64,000 nt of DNA, taken from Yuukianura sp. NJ FZ-2021 (Eukaryota). The notes beneath the pieces were generated by a model that was not told the DNA's origin, made no database searches, and saw only the letters and a program-made list of their open reading frames with translations. This document shows, piece by piece, positions 50,021 through 61,800 of this stretch. The stretch spans positions 5,890,001-5,954,000 of the forward strand of contig CM102285.1 of NCBI GenBank assembly GCA_046563655.1, given 5' to 3'. Each line of letters starts with the position of its first letter. Position 1 is the stretch's first letter. The translations under genes were made by a program, and so were the position numbers.

Positions 50021-50314
50021 TGCAGATGACCAGTTGGTTTGAACCGAAGATTCTATATTCCTTGTTACTTTGTAGCAACAAAAAATTAAAAACTAAACTA
50101 AAACAGATTTTATTCTTGTAGGTTATAACAAAACGTAATAAGAGCTCCGAATGTATTGCGCAAATTCAGCAAAAGATTTGAAGTGAATTTATCTCTGTTG
50201 ATTAATTATAACAAGAATTTGAAGAGTGTAGGCCGTTAATTGTATCAAATATTGATAACAAACGAGTCAAACAAACAGAACTTAGAATGGGCCTCTATGA
50301 ACTGTCATTACAAC

Positions 50315-50547
50315 GGGAGCACGCCATTGTTTCACATGAATTGTTTCAAATACGAATTGGTTCAAAAACAAATTGTTTCAAAACACCAGTTGTTTAGTGT
50401 TTAAGGCTTAGATTAGGTAAATTTGGATTAGAATAATTAAGTTTATGTTAGTTATGTAATTTTAGGTTAGGTTAGGTTAGGTATGAAAATTAGGTTTTTG
50501 AAACAATTTTTTTTAAACAATTCGTATTTGAAACAATGGCATGGAAC
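50315..50547. mobile_element. Short foldback Mutator-like MITE
   Basis: Perfect 9-bp TSD CATTACAAC; AATTGTTTC inverted arrays; TTAGG-rich core. Confidence 0.85.
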
Positions 50548-50614
50548 CATTACAACTGCAAAGGTAAGCAGGCAAATCCTTTACCTTTGACTGTAAACCT
50601 TTGATGATCACTGA

Positions 50615-50705
50615 AATTTCAAATTTGAAGAATGCATTTTCGGGTAGTGAAAATCCAAAATTCATCAAACTGATAAATCTGAAAATGTTTCCGGTATTAG
50701 TGATT
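50615..50705 (+). pseudogene. Very short relic of a P450 stop-codon/3'UTR region
   Basis: GAAAATCCAAAATTCATCAAACTGA matches the CYP ends at 29754-29778 and 48081-48105. Confidence 0.6.
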
Positions 50706-50753
50706 CGTTAAATTTTTTTTTGAAAGTTTTTTTTAAATTCTTTACTATGGTGG

Positions 50754-51041
50754 CCCCAGAGTGTCATTGCTGTTTTTGCCATTTTGTAATTTAAAAAGCA
50801 TTTTGAATTGCATTTCAATTTCGATTTCATTTTCAATTGCATTTTGAAATGCATTTTCAAATGCATTTTAATTTCATTTTCAATTGCATTTTGAATTGCA
50901 TTTCAATTGCAGACGCATTTTCATTTGCATTTTAATTTCAAAAGCTTTTTCAATTGCATTTCAATTTGAAATGCATTTTCATTTGCATTTCAAATTCAAA
51001 TTCAATTTGAAAATGAAAATGCATTTGGCACTTCTGGGCTT
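50754..51041. mobile_element. Palindromic MITE-like repeat (TTGCATTTTCAA arrays)
   Basis: Imperfect TIR CCCAGAGTGTCA / TGGCACTTCTGGG around self-complementary repeats; TSD not resolved. Confidence 0.55.
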
Positions 51042-51909
51042 CTTATTCAAAAATTGCAAAAATTGCGCGCTTTCGTGTCATGTGACTTTGTTATATGCGA
51101 AAGCGGAAAAGTCCTGAGTTCCTATAGACATCACTACTGCCAACTCACAAATGGGCAAAAATACATTTCAAATTGACGGATATTTTTTACTTTTTTTTAC
51201 TTTTGGTTAATTAATTATTTATCAATTACTAATTATTTGCGTAGATTATTTCGCTAAAAAAACTACACATCCTTTACGTCATTCCAGCTGATCAGTAACT
51301 TGGCCGGCTCGCAAACTCTGCTTGATGGAGTAAACATTGGATATGGTGTTGATTTTACCAATTTATTAGTATCTTTGCTAATTTAATTATTTTAATCTAA
51401 TTATGCAGAACTTAGAAAGCTTAACCTATGTGTTGTCTGTTTAATGTCTGAATGAAGTCTTATGCTAGGCATACTTATGGGAACCTAGCAATAAGGAAGA
51501 AGAAAAGATAGAATAGCCGAAGGCCAGACACCAGACACTATCGTCGAGCTCCTCATCAACACCCACTACTCACGAACCCGACTTGTGGGAAAGCTAGAAA
51601 TTATACGAGATGCTCTTAACACATTAACCGATAAACTCCTAAAGTCTCATCAAAATCTGAACTTTCGTTTTCTTACAAACTAACAAAATGTAATAAAAAC
51701 ACAGTCCGTTATCCTACAATAACTTTAAGTTGTCATCCTGTAAAACCGAAAGGCCAGACCAAACACTATAATTACTTAAAAACAAAAAAAAATTTAAAAA
51801 CTTTGAAATTAGTAACTTGCATTGATCAATAGCCCAAACCCTATTCTATTTTTTTATTGGAATAGTCACAAAAATGGTGCTAAGGGTATTCTGAGTCTGT
51901 ATATTCTTA

Positions 51910-54540
51910 ACAAATTTAGTGATGAAGGTTTAGCACCGCTGGAATGTTGAAACTGTAACACGAATTGTAAACATCGCTAGCCCAGAGTTCCGATAACTAC
52001 GTTAGCCAAATGGCTAAGCACCCAAAGTCGCGATGAAGCTGACAGTTCTTGAGTAACGAAAGTGAGAATCCAAACTATCGCTCCGTCTTACAGCGTTAGC
52101 GTAGTTTTCAATTGAGGTGCATCAACTCCCAGTACAGAGTTAACCAAATAGTACATGATGGAGTTAAGGCGAACTATTGGTATGAATCGGTTCACTGTGG
52201 CGTCGACTATTGTGGCTGGAATTGTGAATGATTCTTTGTTGAAATACTTGATGATTGGCACCGTGATCTCGTCATATACTCTTTTCTGGGACTCGGTGTC
52301 TTGTAGATGCAAAGCACAGTTGAATTTGTCGTGAATTCCAAAGAGACTGCCAACTACTGCCCAGAGATGCATGTTTGCTTCCATGCCTCTCGTATCACTG
52401 GGGTCAAGACCAAACCGTTTTGGTGAAATCGTTAGCAAACAGGAAAACGAATAGAGTCCTGCAGACGTATCAAACTGGGTGACTCCAGGAGTTCTGTCTA
52501 GCAGCAACTTCTTTAAGCTTTGCGATACTGGAATGTTGGAGGCGTCGTCCAGAAGAGCAGCCAGTAATGTTTTACTGTGTTCAGAAAGTGGTGGTGGTGG
52601 TACTGGAAAGGCATGTACGGGTCCATGCCAATACATCGAAAAAAAGACATCGAAACGAAAGACATTGACACAAAAGACATCGACACGAAAGACATCGACA
52701 ATAGAAACACATCGACAATGAAAGACATCGACAAAAAAGACATCGACCAAAAAGACATCGACAATAGAAACACATCGACACAAAAGACATCGACAATGAA
52801 AACACATTGGCACAAGGGAGATAATCCGTATAATTAAATAAGCAAGGAAGTTTACGTAACCTAAGTGAAAAAAACACGTCTAGCCATACGTCATCAGTAT
52901 TGGTCGATGTCTTTTTTGTCGATGTGTTTTATTGTCGATGTATTTCTATTGTCGATGTCTTGGGTCGATGTCTTTCGTGTCGATGTCTTTTTTTCGATGT
53001 AATGGCGCACTTCGGCATGAACTCTGTGCTGCTGTCTAATATTTCCGTGTGTCTGTTTATCAGTGCCGTCATGTATCTCCTTTCAGTACTGTTTCAGCGT
53101 CTTCAGAAAGTGGTGGCGGTTGGATCGGAAAGCTGAGAACCCTGTGCTGTTCTCCTGACACTTCCATGTTTCGGTTCCGCAGTGCTGTCATGAATCTCCG
53201 CCCAGCCGACTTTTCATCCAGAAGATCTTCTTGCAAAATGGAATTCAGGGTGATCAATCCTCGAGACAGTTTGTGCAATGAGTGCTGCCTGGAATGAAAT
53301 TTTCCGCTCATCAGTTCCGCTTGACGACCACGCGGAGTATCGTTGACCATCAAGCCAATGGCAGCCGAAAGTATCACCGCGACCAAATTGTTCCTGAAAA
53401 AAAACTAGGTATGAGTTTTGTTCACGGTGAAAAAAAATCGACTGACATTTAGTAAACTGCATGGATTTTCACATAAATTAACCCTCTTGTAAACCGGAAT
53501 GTACAAAAGTAGCGAAAGGTGGCGCAGAAATCTCGAACTCCTCCTGCTTACACCAGTGCACTGTGATGAGCAAAGTCCGGTTAAGAAAGTTCCAAGCAAA
53601 AGCGTTTTAAGAACTTTAAAATTTCTTTAAAAAAATATGCCTACATAGCCTTTTAAAAAATTTCCAAAAAAAAAGTTCTAAAAAACTACAAAAATATTGA
53701 TCATCAGTTGGTGAAGCAAGTTCATAACGTGTCATAATGGAAGATTCGAAATTTTCCATTGCCATATTTAACACTTTGCAAAAAGAGGTAGCACGAAATG
53801 AATTTTTGAGGAGAAACAACCTTCAGACCAGACAATTTCCGGCACCAAACTTTGGGTTTCATGAGACAAGTCAAAAACCGTCAAAAAATTCTTGCAGAAC
53901 AATATGTTTTTGGTTAGATTTAGTCAAAATTTTACAAAATCTGAAAAAGTTTGTTAAAAAAGATGATTTATGTTAATTTCTAAAACATTTTCTTCATCAA
54001 AAAAAATTAACAATTTTTCAAAGTTTTTAAAAAATTTACAGGTTTTAAAGTCCTAAATAGGATTTATCTTAATTGTTCGGCTTATAATGTTGAGCTATAG
54101 TACACTATATTTATAACAGACAAAAGTTGACCTTTAACCCAGAGGGAGGTGACTTAGTGTCACATGATATACACAAAAGTTGTTGATCTCATGGAGATGG
54201 AGGCAGACAGATAGACAGCCAGGCTCGATACATGAAGTAGCTTTCGCCATCTAGTTTTCAGATTTATTTGATCCGATAATTTATTGTGTGGTAACCTGGC
54301 AAACATAGTTCCTCTGAGTAGATCTGAATTTCCCCAGCGATCATGTCCTGTTTCACTGATGTTGTAGTTTTCCTTTAGTGTTGTCGATTTTGCCACTTTC
54401 TGCAATCAATTGGTTATAGAAATAACCTGGAGCCAATTGGCCGTTACCCATTGTTCCTTGCAGCTCCATTGATTGAAACCAAATCGTAGCCTTTGTTTTT
54501 GCAAACAAAGCCAACTCAAATAAAAGTAATCATTGCAATC
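51910..54540 (-). pseudogene. mpaB/Lcp-like (ER-bound oxygenase, DUF2236-type) gene, chimeric and MITE-disrupted
   Basis: TQFD..YSFSCLLTISPKRFG..MHLWAVVGSLFGIHDKFNC; the upstream exon ..RWGNSDLLRGTMFAR (donor at 54296) splices to NNLVAVILSA (acceptor about 53394); duplicated segment, frameshift and insertion. Confidence 0.7.
52619..53013. mobile_element. Foldback Mutator-like MITE (GACATCGAC arrays) in a coding exon
   Basis: Inverted AAAGACATCGAC/GTCGATGTCTTT arrays; 9-bp TSD GGCATGTAC/GGCATGAAC. Confidence 0.82.
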
Positions 54541-54790
54541 CTGCGAAAATCAACGAGGATTCTCCGATTTCCTCAAGTTTGATGTCCTAATTTGCGCCCA
54601 GGGTTTTACAATTAAAAATTTGAATCTGGAAAGAGTATTTAAAAAAAAACCTTAAAGAAAAATTCAGAATCCCCAAACGCTGTGTTCAGTTTATGTATGT
54701 TATCTCGCTGTGATTCCGAAATCAATTTACGGTATTCCCATAATGTCACAACCAAGGTTGCTATAGCAACCATTTGTACAAATGGCGTAA

Positions 54791-56389
54791 GAGGTTATGT
54801 CATAATTCCGATTTTCAAAAAAAACAAGGAAAAACAACTTTGGTAGGGTAGGTGGGGGTAACTGTGGTACGGGGTAACTTGTGATAGTCGGCTATAACTT
54901 TGTTATTGTAACGATTTAAGAAAATCTAAAAATTAGCTGAGATAGCTGGGGCTAAGAGCTTCATGGTGGGTAAAGGAGGGAGATAATTAAGTCACATTTT
55001 CTTACTGAAATCAGTGACACAGCTGTTAGACCAACTTACAACTCTTCATCCAAATTCTGATTGCAGATTTTACAATTCAGTTTGCAAGGTCTAAGATACG
55101 ATTTAAACAGTGACTGTTATCTCAACCGACATCATCATTGTGGTAAGTGTTGCAATATGATTAGTTTTTAATTTTAGGTAGTTTCGTTAGTTAGTTAAAC
55201 TGATTACCACAATTTCCCCACAAATTCACGAAAGTGGGGGCAACTGTGGTTTTAACTAAAGAATAGGAGACTGACGCATGATACTATATTTTAGATGGTG
55301 CGAAAATACGTTCGCAAAACGGACAATCGTCAATGGGACAGTGTACTCATACACAAAGCGGAAATGCGGAAACGCTAGAAACGATGAGTCGGTTTTCAGA
55401 AAAAAGAATTCCAGAAATGTGGGGTTTATAATTCCAACCTGGAATTTCCAGTCAATCGGGCTACAATTGATGAATCAAACTTTGATCCTACAAAACTTGA
55501 GCGTTACAAACGAACTGAACTGAACGGCACTGAAATTCCCGAGTTGGTCACAACACCGATTGTGGCTTTCGCTACAAATTGTGTTATTCCTCCTGCTGAA
55601 AACATTTCTTCGGATTTTGCAAAGATTCTTCTGAAAACTGTTTCTCCTCAAATCGCTAACGTCACCACTACTGTGAAGAAAAAACGAATTGATATTGCAG
55701 AGATCATTACAAAGTAGTCATACCTGACGAAAGTAGAGGAAGAAAAACTGATCACAAATTCCAAGAAGATTTCTACTCCAAAAGTGACAAAAGCTAGAGC
55801 TTCAAAAGAAAACAAACCACCACGTGAAAAACAATCGGTCAAAATATGGGATAAGCGATGTCTTTTCTAAATTTAACTGATTTGTGTGTAGCTCACACGC
55901 CCCTGTCACTTAATCGTCGACTTTGGATCAATTAAACTACTTATTCGTACCCAAAATACTACCTACCACAGTTTCCCGCAGACCTACCACAATTACCCCA
56001 TTTTTGCGGGTAACCGTGATAGGTTGTTTTGAAAATTTGAAAATTATTTAAAAATACTTAAGCAGTGAAATTTTTAAAACGTAGGTGGTGGAATTAACTT
56101 AGAACAGTATGTGCTTGGCAAGCGTGGTCTTTAGTTAATTTGTAGTGCTACAAGTTGGGCCATTTAAGACGCAAAAGTCGAAACCGTGAAAAAAACTACC
56201 ACAGTTACCCCCACCTACCCTACGAATTTCATACGAATTTTGTTTTCATAGCAAAAATGTTGGTTTTTTTCTTACGCTTTGCTATAGGAATCTTTAGTTT
56301 TGATTTCGAATTGCTAACGCAACGGAAGTGTGTAAAGGTAGTGCTTCAAAAAATTTAAAATCAAGAAAACTGGAGTTTTGACATAACCT
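54791..56389. mobile_element. MITE-like repeat with AGGTTATGTCA...TGACATAACCT ends, hosting a pogo-like insertion
   Basis: Inverted termini; degenerate relatives at about 32537-32757 and in its duplicate. Confidence 0.55.
54846..56220 (+). mobile_element. Internally deleted pogo-like DNA transposon
   Basis: TIR GGGTAGGTGGGGGTAACTGTGGTA; TA TSD; transposase-start relic MVRKYVRKTDNRQW at about 55295. Confidence 0.85.
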
Positions 56390-56587
56390 TAAGAAGAAAT
56401 AAACAAACTTTCGAGTTAAACAAGCTTGGTCACAGCAATGTCGTCGATTTTACTTTTCTACAGTTCCTTTGATTCATTGTATCAACATAAAAATCAACCT
56501 TGGACGTGTATAAACATGCACAACAATAATTAGTGTTGAGTAGGTAGTAACAGGTCGCAGCATACTCCAGATTGATTCCCAAAACCA

Positions 56588-56822
56588 AAGGTTCCTTGAC
56601 AATGAAGAGTTAATTTTGTTTGACTTTTCTTTAACAGGTTAAGTATTACCTCACTAAAAGTGGACAAAGAAAAATGAAAAATCCAAAAAATTGATAACAA
56701 TATTAACATTGATACGAATTTTTGTTTTTTATTCATTTGTCAACAAGTGAGGCATGAGGTAAGTACTCAACCTGTTTAAAAAAAAGTGAAACAAACTTAA
56801 CTTTTCGTTGTCAAGGAACTTT
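56588..56822. repeat. Degenerate inverted repeat (arms about 65 bp), old MITE
   Basis: GTTCCTTGACAA...TACCTCA versus TGAGGTA...TTGTCAAGGAAC. Confidence 0.65.
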
Positions 56823-56959
56823 CCCCGACGTCACGTAAAAACGTGCAATTTTTTCTAGGTTTTTATGACAATTAAAGAAATTTTGAGTAAAATATTTATA
56901 TTTCTTATAAATGTTTATATAAAATATAAATGTTTCCTGTAAATCAATTTAAATTTTGG

Positions 56960-57951
56960 CAGATAGGTTGTCATCAACATTTAACCAAGTTATCTATAAA
57001 GCCGCTGGAATGTTGAAAATGTAACACAAGTTGTACCTATCTCTAGCCCAGAGTTCCTATAACTACGTTAGCCAAATGGCCAAACAACCCAAAATCGCGA
57101 TGAAGCCGACAGTTCTTGAGTAACGAAAGTCAGAATCCAAACTATCTTCCTGTCGTACAGCGTTAGCGTAGTTTTCAATTGAGGTGCATCGACTCCCAGT
57201 ACAGATTTAACCAAATAGTACATAATTGAGTTAAGGCGAACTATCGCGGTATAAATCGATTAACTGTTGCCTGTTGCGTCTATTCTTGTTGCTGGAATTG
57301 TGAATGATTCTTTGTTGAAATACTTGATGATTGGAACCATGATCTTTTTTATTTTTATTTTTCTCTGTGAATCTGTGTCTTGTAAATGCAAAGGACAGTT
57401 GAATTTGTCGTGAATCCCTAAAAGACTGCCAACTACTGCCCAGAGGTGCATAAACGCTTCCATGCTTCGTGTATCACTGGGGTCAAGGCCAAATCGTTTT
57501 GGTGCAATAGTTAGTAAACAGGAAAACGAATAGTGCGATCCAGATAAATCAAACTGAGTGGCTCCAGGAGAACTGTCCAGCAACAGCTTCGTTATGTTTT
57601 GGGATGGTGGAATGTTGGAGGCATCGTCCAGTAGAGCGTTCAGTATTGTTTCAGCGTCTTCAGAAAGTGGTGGCGGTTGGATCGGAAAGCTGTGAACCAT
57701 GTGCTGTTCTCCTGACACTTCCATGTGTCGGTTCCGCAGTGCTGTCATGAATCTCCGCCCACGTGAGTTTTCATCCAGAAGATCTTCTTGCAAAACTGAA
57801 TTCATTATGCTCAATGCTCGAGACTGTTTCCGCAATGAGTGCTGCCTGGCGTGAAATTTTCCGCTTACCAGTTCTGCTTGACGAATACGCGGAGAATCGA
57901 CGACAAACAAGCTAGTGGGTGCCGAAAGTATCACCGCGAAGAAATTGTTTC
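56960..57951 (-). pseudogene. mpaB/Lcp-like oxygenase-domain gene, paralog 2 (main exon), premature stop
   Basis: ALRNRH, TQFDL, EAFMHLWAVVGSLLGIHDKFNC; a 7-bp duplication at 57264-57277 causes a stop while homology continues downstream; 5' exons not found in the window. Confidence 0.72.
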
Positions 57952-58444
57952 TGGAAAAAAATTAGTATGAGTTTTCAAAAACGAAAGATGGAGCTGCAGT
58001 TTAGAACGGCCGCTAACACCGGGACACTATTATTAGCCATAGTCATTGTTGGTGGACGCTTAAACGTGCAAGGGGCTTAATTGCCACTTCCATTGGATAT
58101 CCACTGGAAGAAACGCACCCCAAATGGGCGAAACTAAGAGTGGACGGAAGAAATCACAAAGGAAGGTTACGGTTTGGTTGTCATTTGGGCCCACAAAAAA
58201 TTGGTGAAGTATGCATTACAACATCACGAAAATTTGACACAACAACCATTATACGATGAGGAAGGGCGTGTCAAATTTTGGTGATGTTGTAAAACGTACG
58301 TATTATAAAGTTTTGTGATTGAAATTCGTCACTTTGGTTGAATAATTTAATTTGTTTGTCACAATCTGAGGAATTCCCATAGTAGCTAATGTTCAACAGC
58401 AATTCTACGTCTCTAAATTGTTGAAAACAATGCGAAACCTCAAA

Positions 58445-58690
58445 AGTTTGGAATGGTGCAGCAAGTAAAACCTAAAAGGGGAATTTGTGTAGGAGAAGAA
58501 CGAAAAAGAGGAGTTTGTGCAGGGAAAAAACGAGAATGTGGAATTGGGGCAAACAGAAAAACCGAAAAGTGGCCGGTTGTGCATCTGAAAAGCTTAATAG
58601 TTTGGAATTGTGCAACATCAAAAACCGGGAAGTTTGAAATTGTACAATATAAAGAACATAGAAGTATGCAGGTGCACAATAAAAGTACAC
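58445..58690 (+). repeat. About 30-bp degenerate tandem array; same-orientation array at 62975-63245
   Basis: Unit like GGAATTTGTGCAATGTAAAAACCCGAAAAGT on both sides of the RT ORF. Confidence 0.75.
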
Positions 58691-58853
58691 TCAAAAACTT
58701 AAGTATTCCCAGGGGGCGGCAAAAATGCCTTAGCGACCAAAACCAATTCTTTATTTGTTTACAATTTCACTCACAGTGACGTCACTCCGAGTGAAAATAC
58801 AGGTTCATCCGAGTTTTTAAGCTATTTTAAAGTTTGCGGCGAAAGTATTGAGA

Positions 58854-61800
58854 CTAAAATGCTGAAAATGCAGCGGCATGCCCGCAGACAATTGCACATG
58901 CGAGAACGTAGGATGAAGCGAAAGTATCCCGACACGTAAAATCCCACGCTAACGAACGACCAGACTTCCAAGGAATTAATGTAATGCCATCCGGTCGTTT
59001 TCCGTCAGATCTCGAACAACCGGGCGGTTCCTTGATGCTTGGAATTCCAGCTGAGCGAAGCGATCTGAAGATTAAGTCGTTGACAGAGTTATGTCTAGAA
59101 TGGCGTCCAGCGCTTTTTAAACAGCTAAGGCCGTGAAGTCCGTCGGTAGAAACTTGAGCTCCGCAAACACATTTGTGTGAAAGGCAGATATCTGAGCCGA
59201 GGCGTAGAGCACATGAGATTCTGAAGCATTCGTTGTTTAGCAGGGTGCCAAGTTGAGGAGAAGGAATCGCGTTCAGCCAGTCACCGGCATGTGGAGAAGC
59301 GACAGCGAGAAGGCGAGCTTTGTCAGTAGGAGTTGAGCACTTGCGAAGCAGCTCGTTGTAGGTACTTTGACTGATTTCAAAGTCCCATTGTCTTTGTATT
59401 TTTGGATTTTCTGGAAGCACGAACCCTTTCTCTAACCATTGTCTTGAAGCCAGATCCACAGACAGATCGGAACGTGACAGATTGCTTGGCAGAAAGAGGT
59501 CGACGAGATCAGAACAGCAGTGGATTGAAGCCAAAAATGAAACGGTAGCACTATCGACTGCATGACAGATTTCCAGACCTCCTTGGGAGACAGGAAGAGA
59601 TGATTGTCGCCAAGAGGAATCTGATACGTTGATGTTCATGATGTTCACTAAGACTTGACGAAGACAATTGTCGTAGGTTGTCAGTAGGTCGTATTCTAAG
59701 AATGATGGGAAGCAACGTAGGAAGTAAATCAGCCTCGGGGTAGAAATAGAAGCTCGTAGGAGAAATAGTGCTGCGTGGGCAGGTAGTAATGAGAGCTTAG
59801 CAGAGAGGCGACTGAAATCCTCCGTTTTCTTTTTGATTATGCGACGGCAGGAAGCAGTGGTTAAAGGTGCACCAAGCAGTTCGGCGTTTTCTTGGTTAGG
59901 GACGCCAATGTCGGCGGCAAACGCGCGAAAAGAATTCACGATGGAGCAACTTTCAGATGGATTTGAGCTGAGGATAATGATTTCACATTTCTTGAAGTTG
60001 AGTTGTAGGCCAAAAGTAGCAGCATCTTCATCAATTCGCTTCAGTTCAGATAAGACGGCATCAGGAGAGTCTCCAATGGTCGCGTCATCAAGATACCAGA
60101 CATTGAATTCCGACTTGATAGAAGTAGCCAGAGGATGGACTGTCAGGGCAAAGAGGGCTGGACTAAGGGGATCCCCCTGCTGCACACCTTGACTGGACTT
60201 GATTCGGGAGGATCCATAGAACAATTCGGAATCCGTTGAGTAGGATTGAGATACGAAATTGTAGAATTCAGGGAAGCTATGCTTGACTGATTGCAGCATT
60301 TTGTCTCTTCGAATAAGATTGAATGCGTTGCGGAAGTCTAACTTGAGCAGCACCTTAGGAGATGGATGAGGAGTATTTGTGTAGATTCTAGCAGCATGGG
60401 CGATTGCTTCTGCTCCGTTTTTCACACCAACGCCAACTTGTGTAGGACTCAAGAATGGGGTAAGATTCTTCATCATTTCGGACAGGACGAGTTTCGAAAC
60501 TAGGCGCCGCCAAACCAAGCCAATAGCAATCGGACGAATGCCTCCAGTTTTCTTCTCAATGGCGACTAGCGAGGCTCCGAAGAATAGTGGACGAATTTGA
60601 TCAGGAAGAGAACCATTAACAACGAGATTGGCTAACTTCGTAATTGAAGATATGAGGTTGATCCCTGCATCTCCCGTTGATTTTCCGATTAGCTCCTTGA
60701 GAATTTGTGGTCGCAAAGAATCTAGGCCTCCTGATGAACCATTCCGGAATGATAGGATTGACTTTGTTATTTGTAGATCATCCAAATGGATTTCGCTTGG
60801 CTGTGTTTGAACAGGAAGTTGCAATGGTTCGGGGTGTTTTGGATGTAGAAGCTGTAGGGCGGCAAGTGTGGCAGTATCTTCGGTAGCCAAAGAGTCGTCG
60901 CAGCAGAGTAGACGAACAGCTCCGTGGATGTCGCCATCAGCAAGCTTGGAGAGAATCCGAGAAGACAATTTAAAGTCTGAAGGTTTTTTCTGACTGGAGT
61001 GGAAGACGGAATTGGAGATTGAAGATGAGTGTAGGTTCAAAGGTAATGATGAAGAGAAGTTAGAAATCTTGTACTTCACCCACGTTGTTAGATTGGGAAC
61101 ATTGTCGGACTTCTTAGGTGAAGACAGGATGAAGAGAGGAAATAATAAAAGGTTTGACCAGGATTCCTTGGAATTACACGAGACGACATCATTGATCAAC
61201 TTGGAAAGGCATTCAGCCGTTGAACGTCTGGCTCCCTTCGGAACATGTTTGAGAGTGGGAACTGATGTTTTCAGATTGGCGAGCAGTAGACCGAGGTCTT
61301 GGTTTTGAGATTTATTAAATTCATTTGACGAAAAGTTTGACCAGGTAATACCACAGTAGGAACGATCAGCATGTCTGCGACCACCGGCACGAGTGATGGT
61401 CAAATCGGGGAATAGTTTGTGTAACTTGGATCCCAGTGTAGCTTCAACAACCGGACGAATCTTGTTTGAATCACTGTACTCACGGTATCTTGATTTGAGG
61501 TCAAGCTTTGTTATCGTAGACCCAGGACATGAATTAATGTTAGATGAAATCCATTCTTCAGTGAGCCTGACGTAGTGTGACGAGTTGGTAAAATTGGGTA
61601 AGGATGGTGAGGAAGTCGAAGTTTGCTGAGATGACACTGGAGGTTCAGTTGATTCACCGTCTTCGGCAACTGGTGAAAAGCTATACGCGGCTTCGTTGGT
61701 TGAAGGAAAGCAAATTTCTGGTACTGAAGTACAGGAACCGTGATTCGATGCCGGAAGTGATGTGGTATAGGCACCGAGCTGATTCGATGCAGGAACTGAT

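Noticed and set aside
51420..51790. Possible LINE/Penelope 3' fragments with the direct repeat CCGAA(A)GGCCAGAC..ACACTAT
   Set aside because: The direct repeat and A-rich tails are visible, but no coding motif, ribozyme core or TSD could be established.
52479..53136. Repetitive ORFs (KDIDT, VDVF, MSF)
   Set aside because: Translations of GACATCGAC foldback arms; the first ~65 aa of ORF 52088-52813 are MITE-derived.
56530..56736. Signal-peptide-like ORF as first exon of the oxygenase gene
   Set aside because: Lies within a degenerate inverted repeat; the hydrophobicity reflects T-rich DNA; no supported splice link.
58453..58779. 108-aa ORF and antisense ORFs flanking the RT
   Set aside because: Derived from the ~30-bp tandem array; no domain signal.
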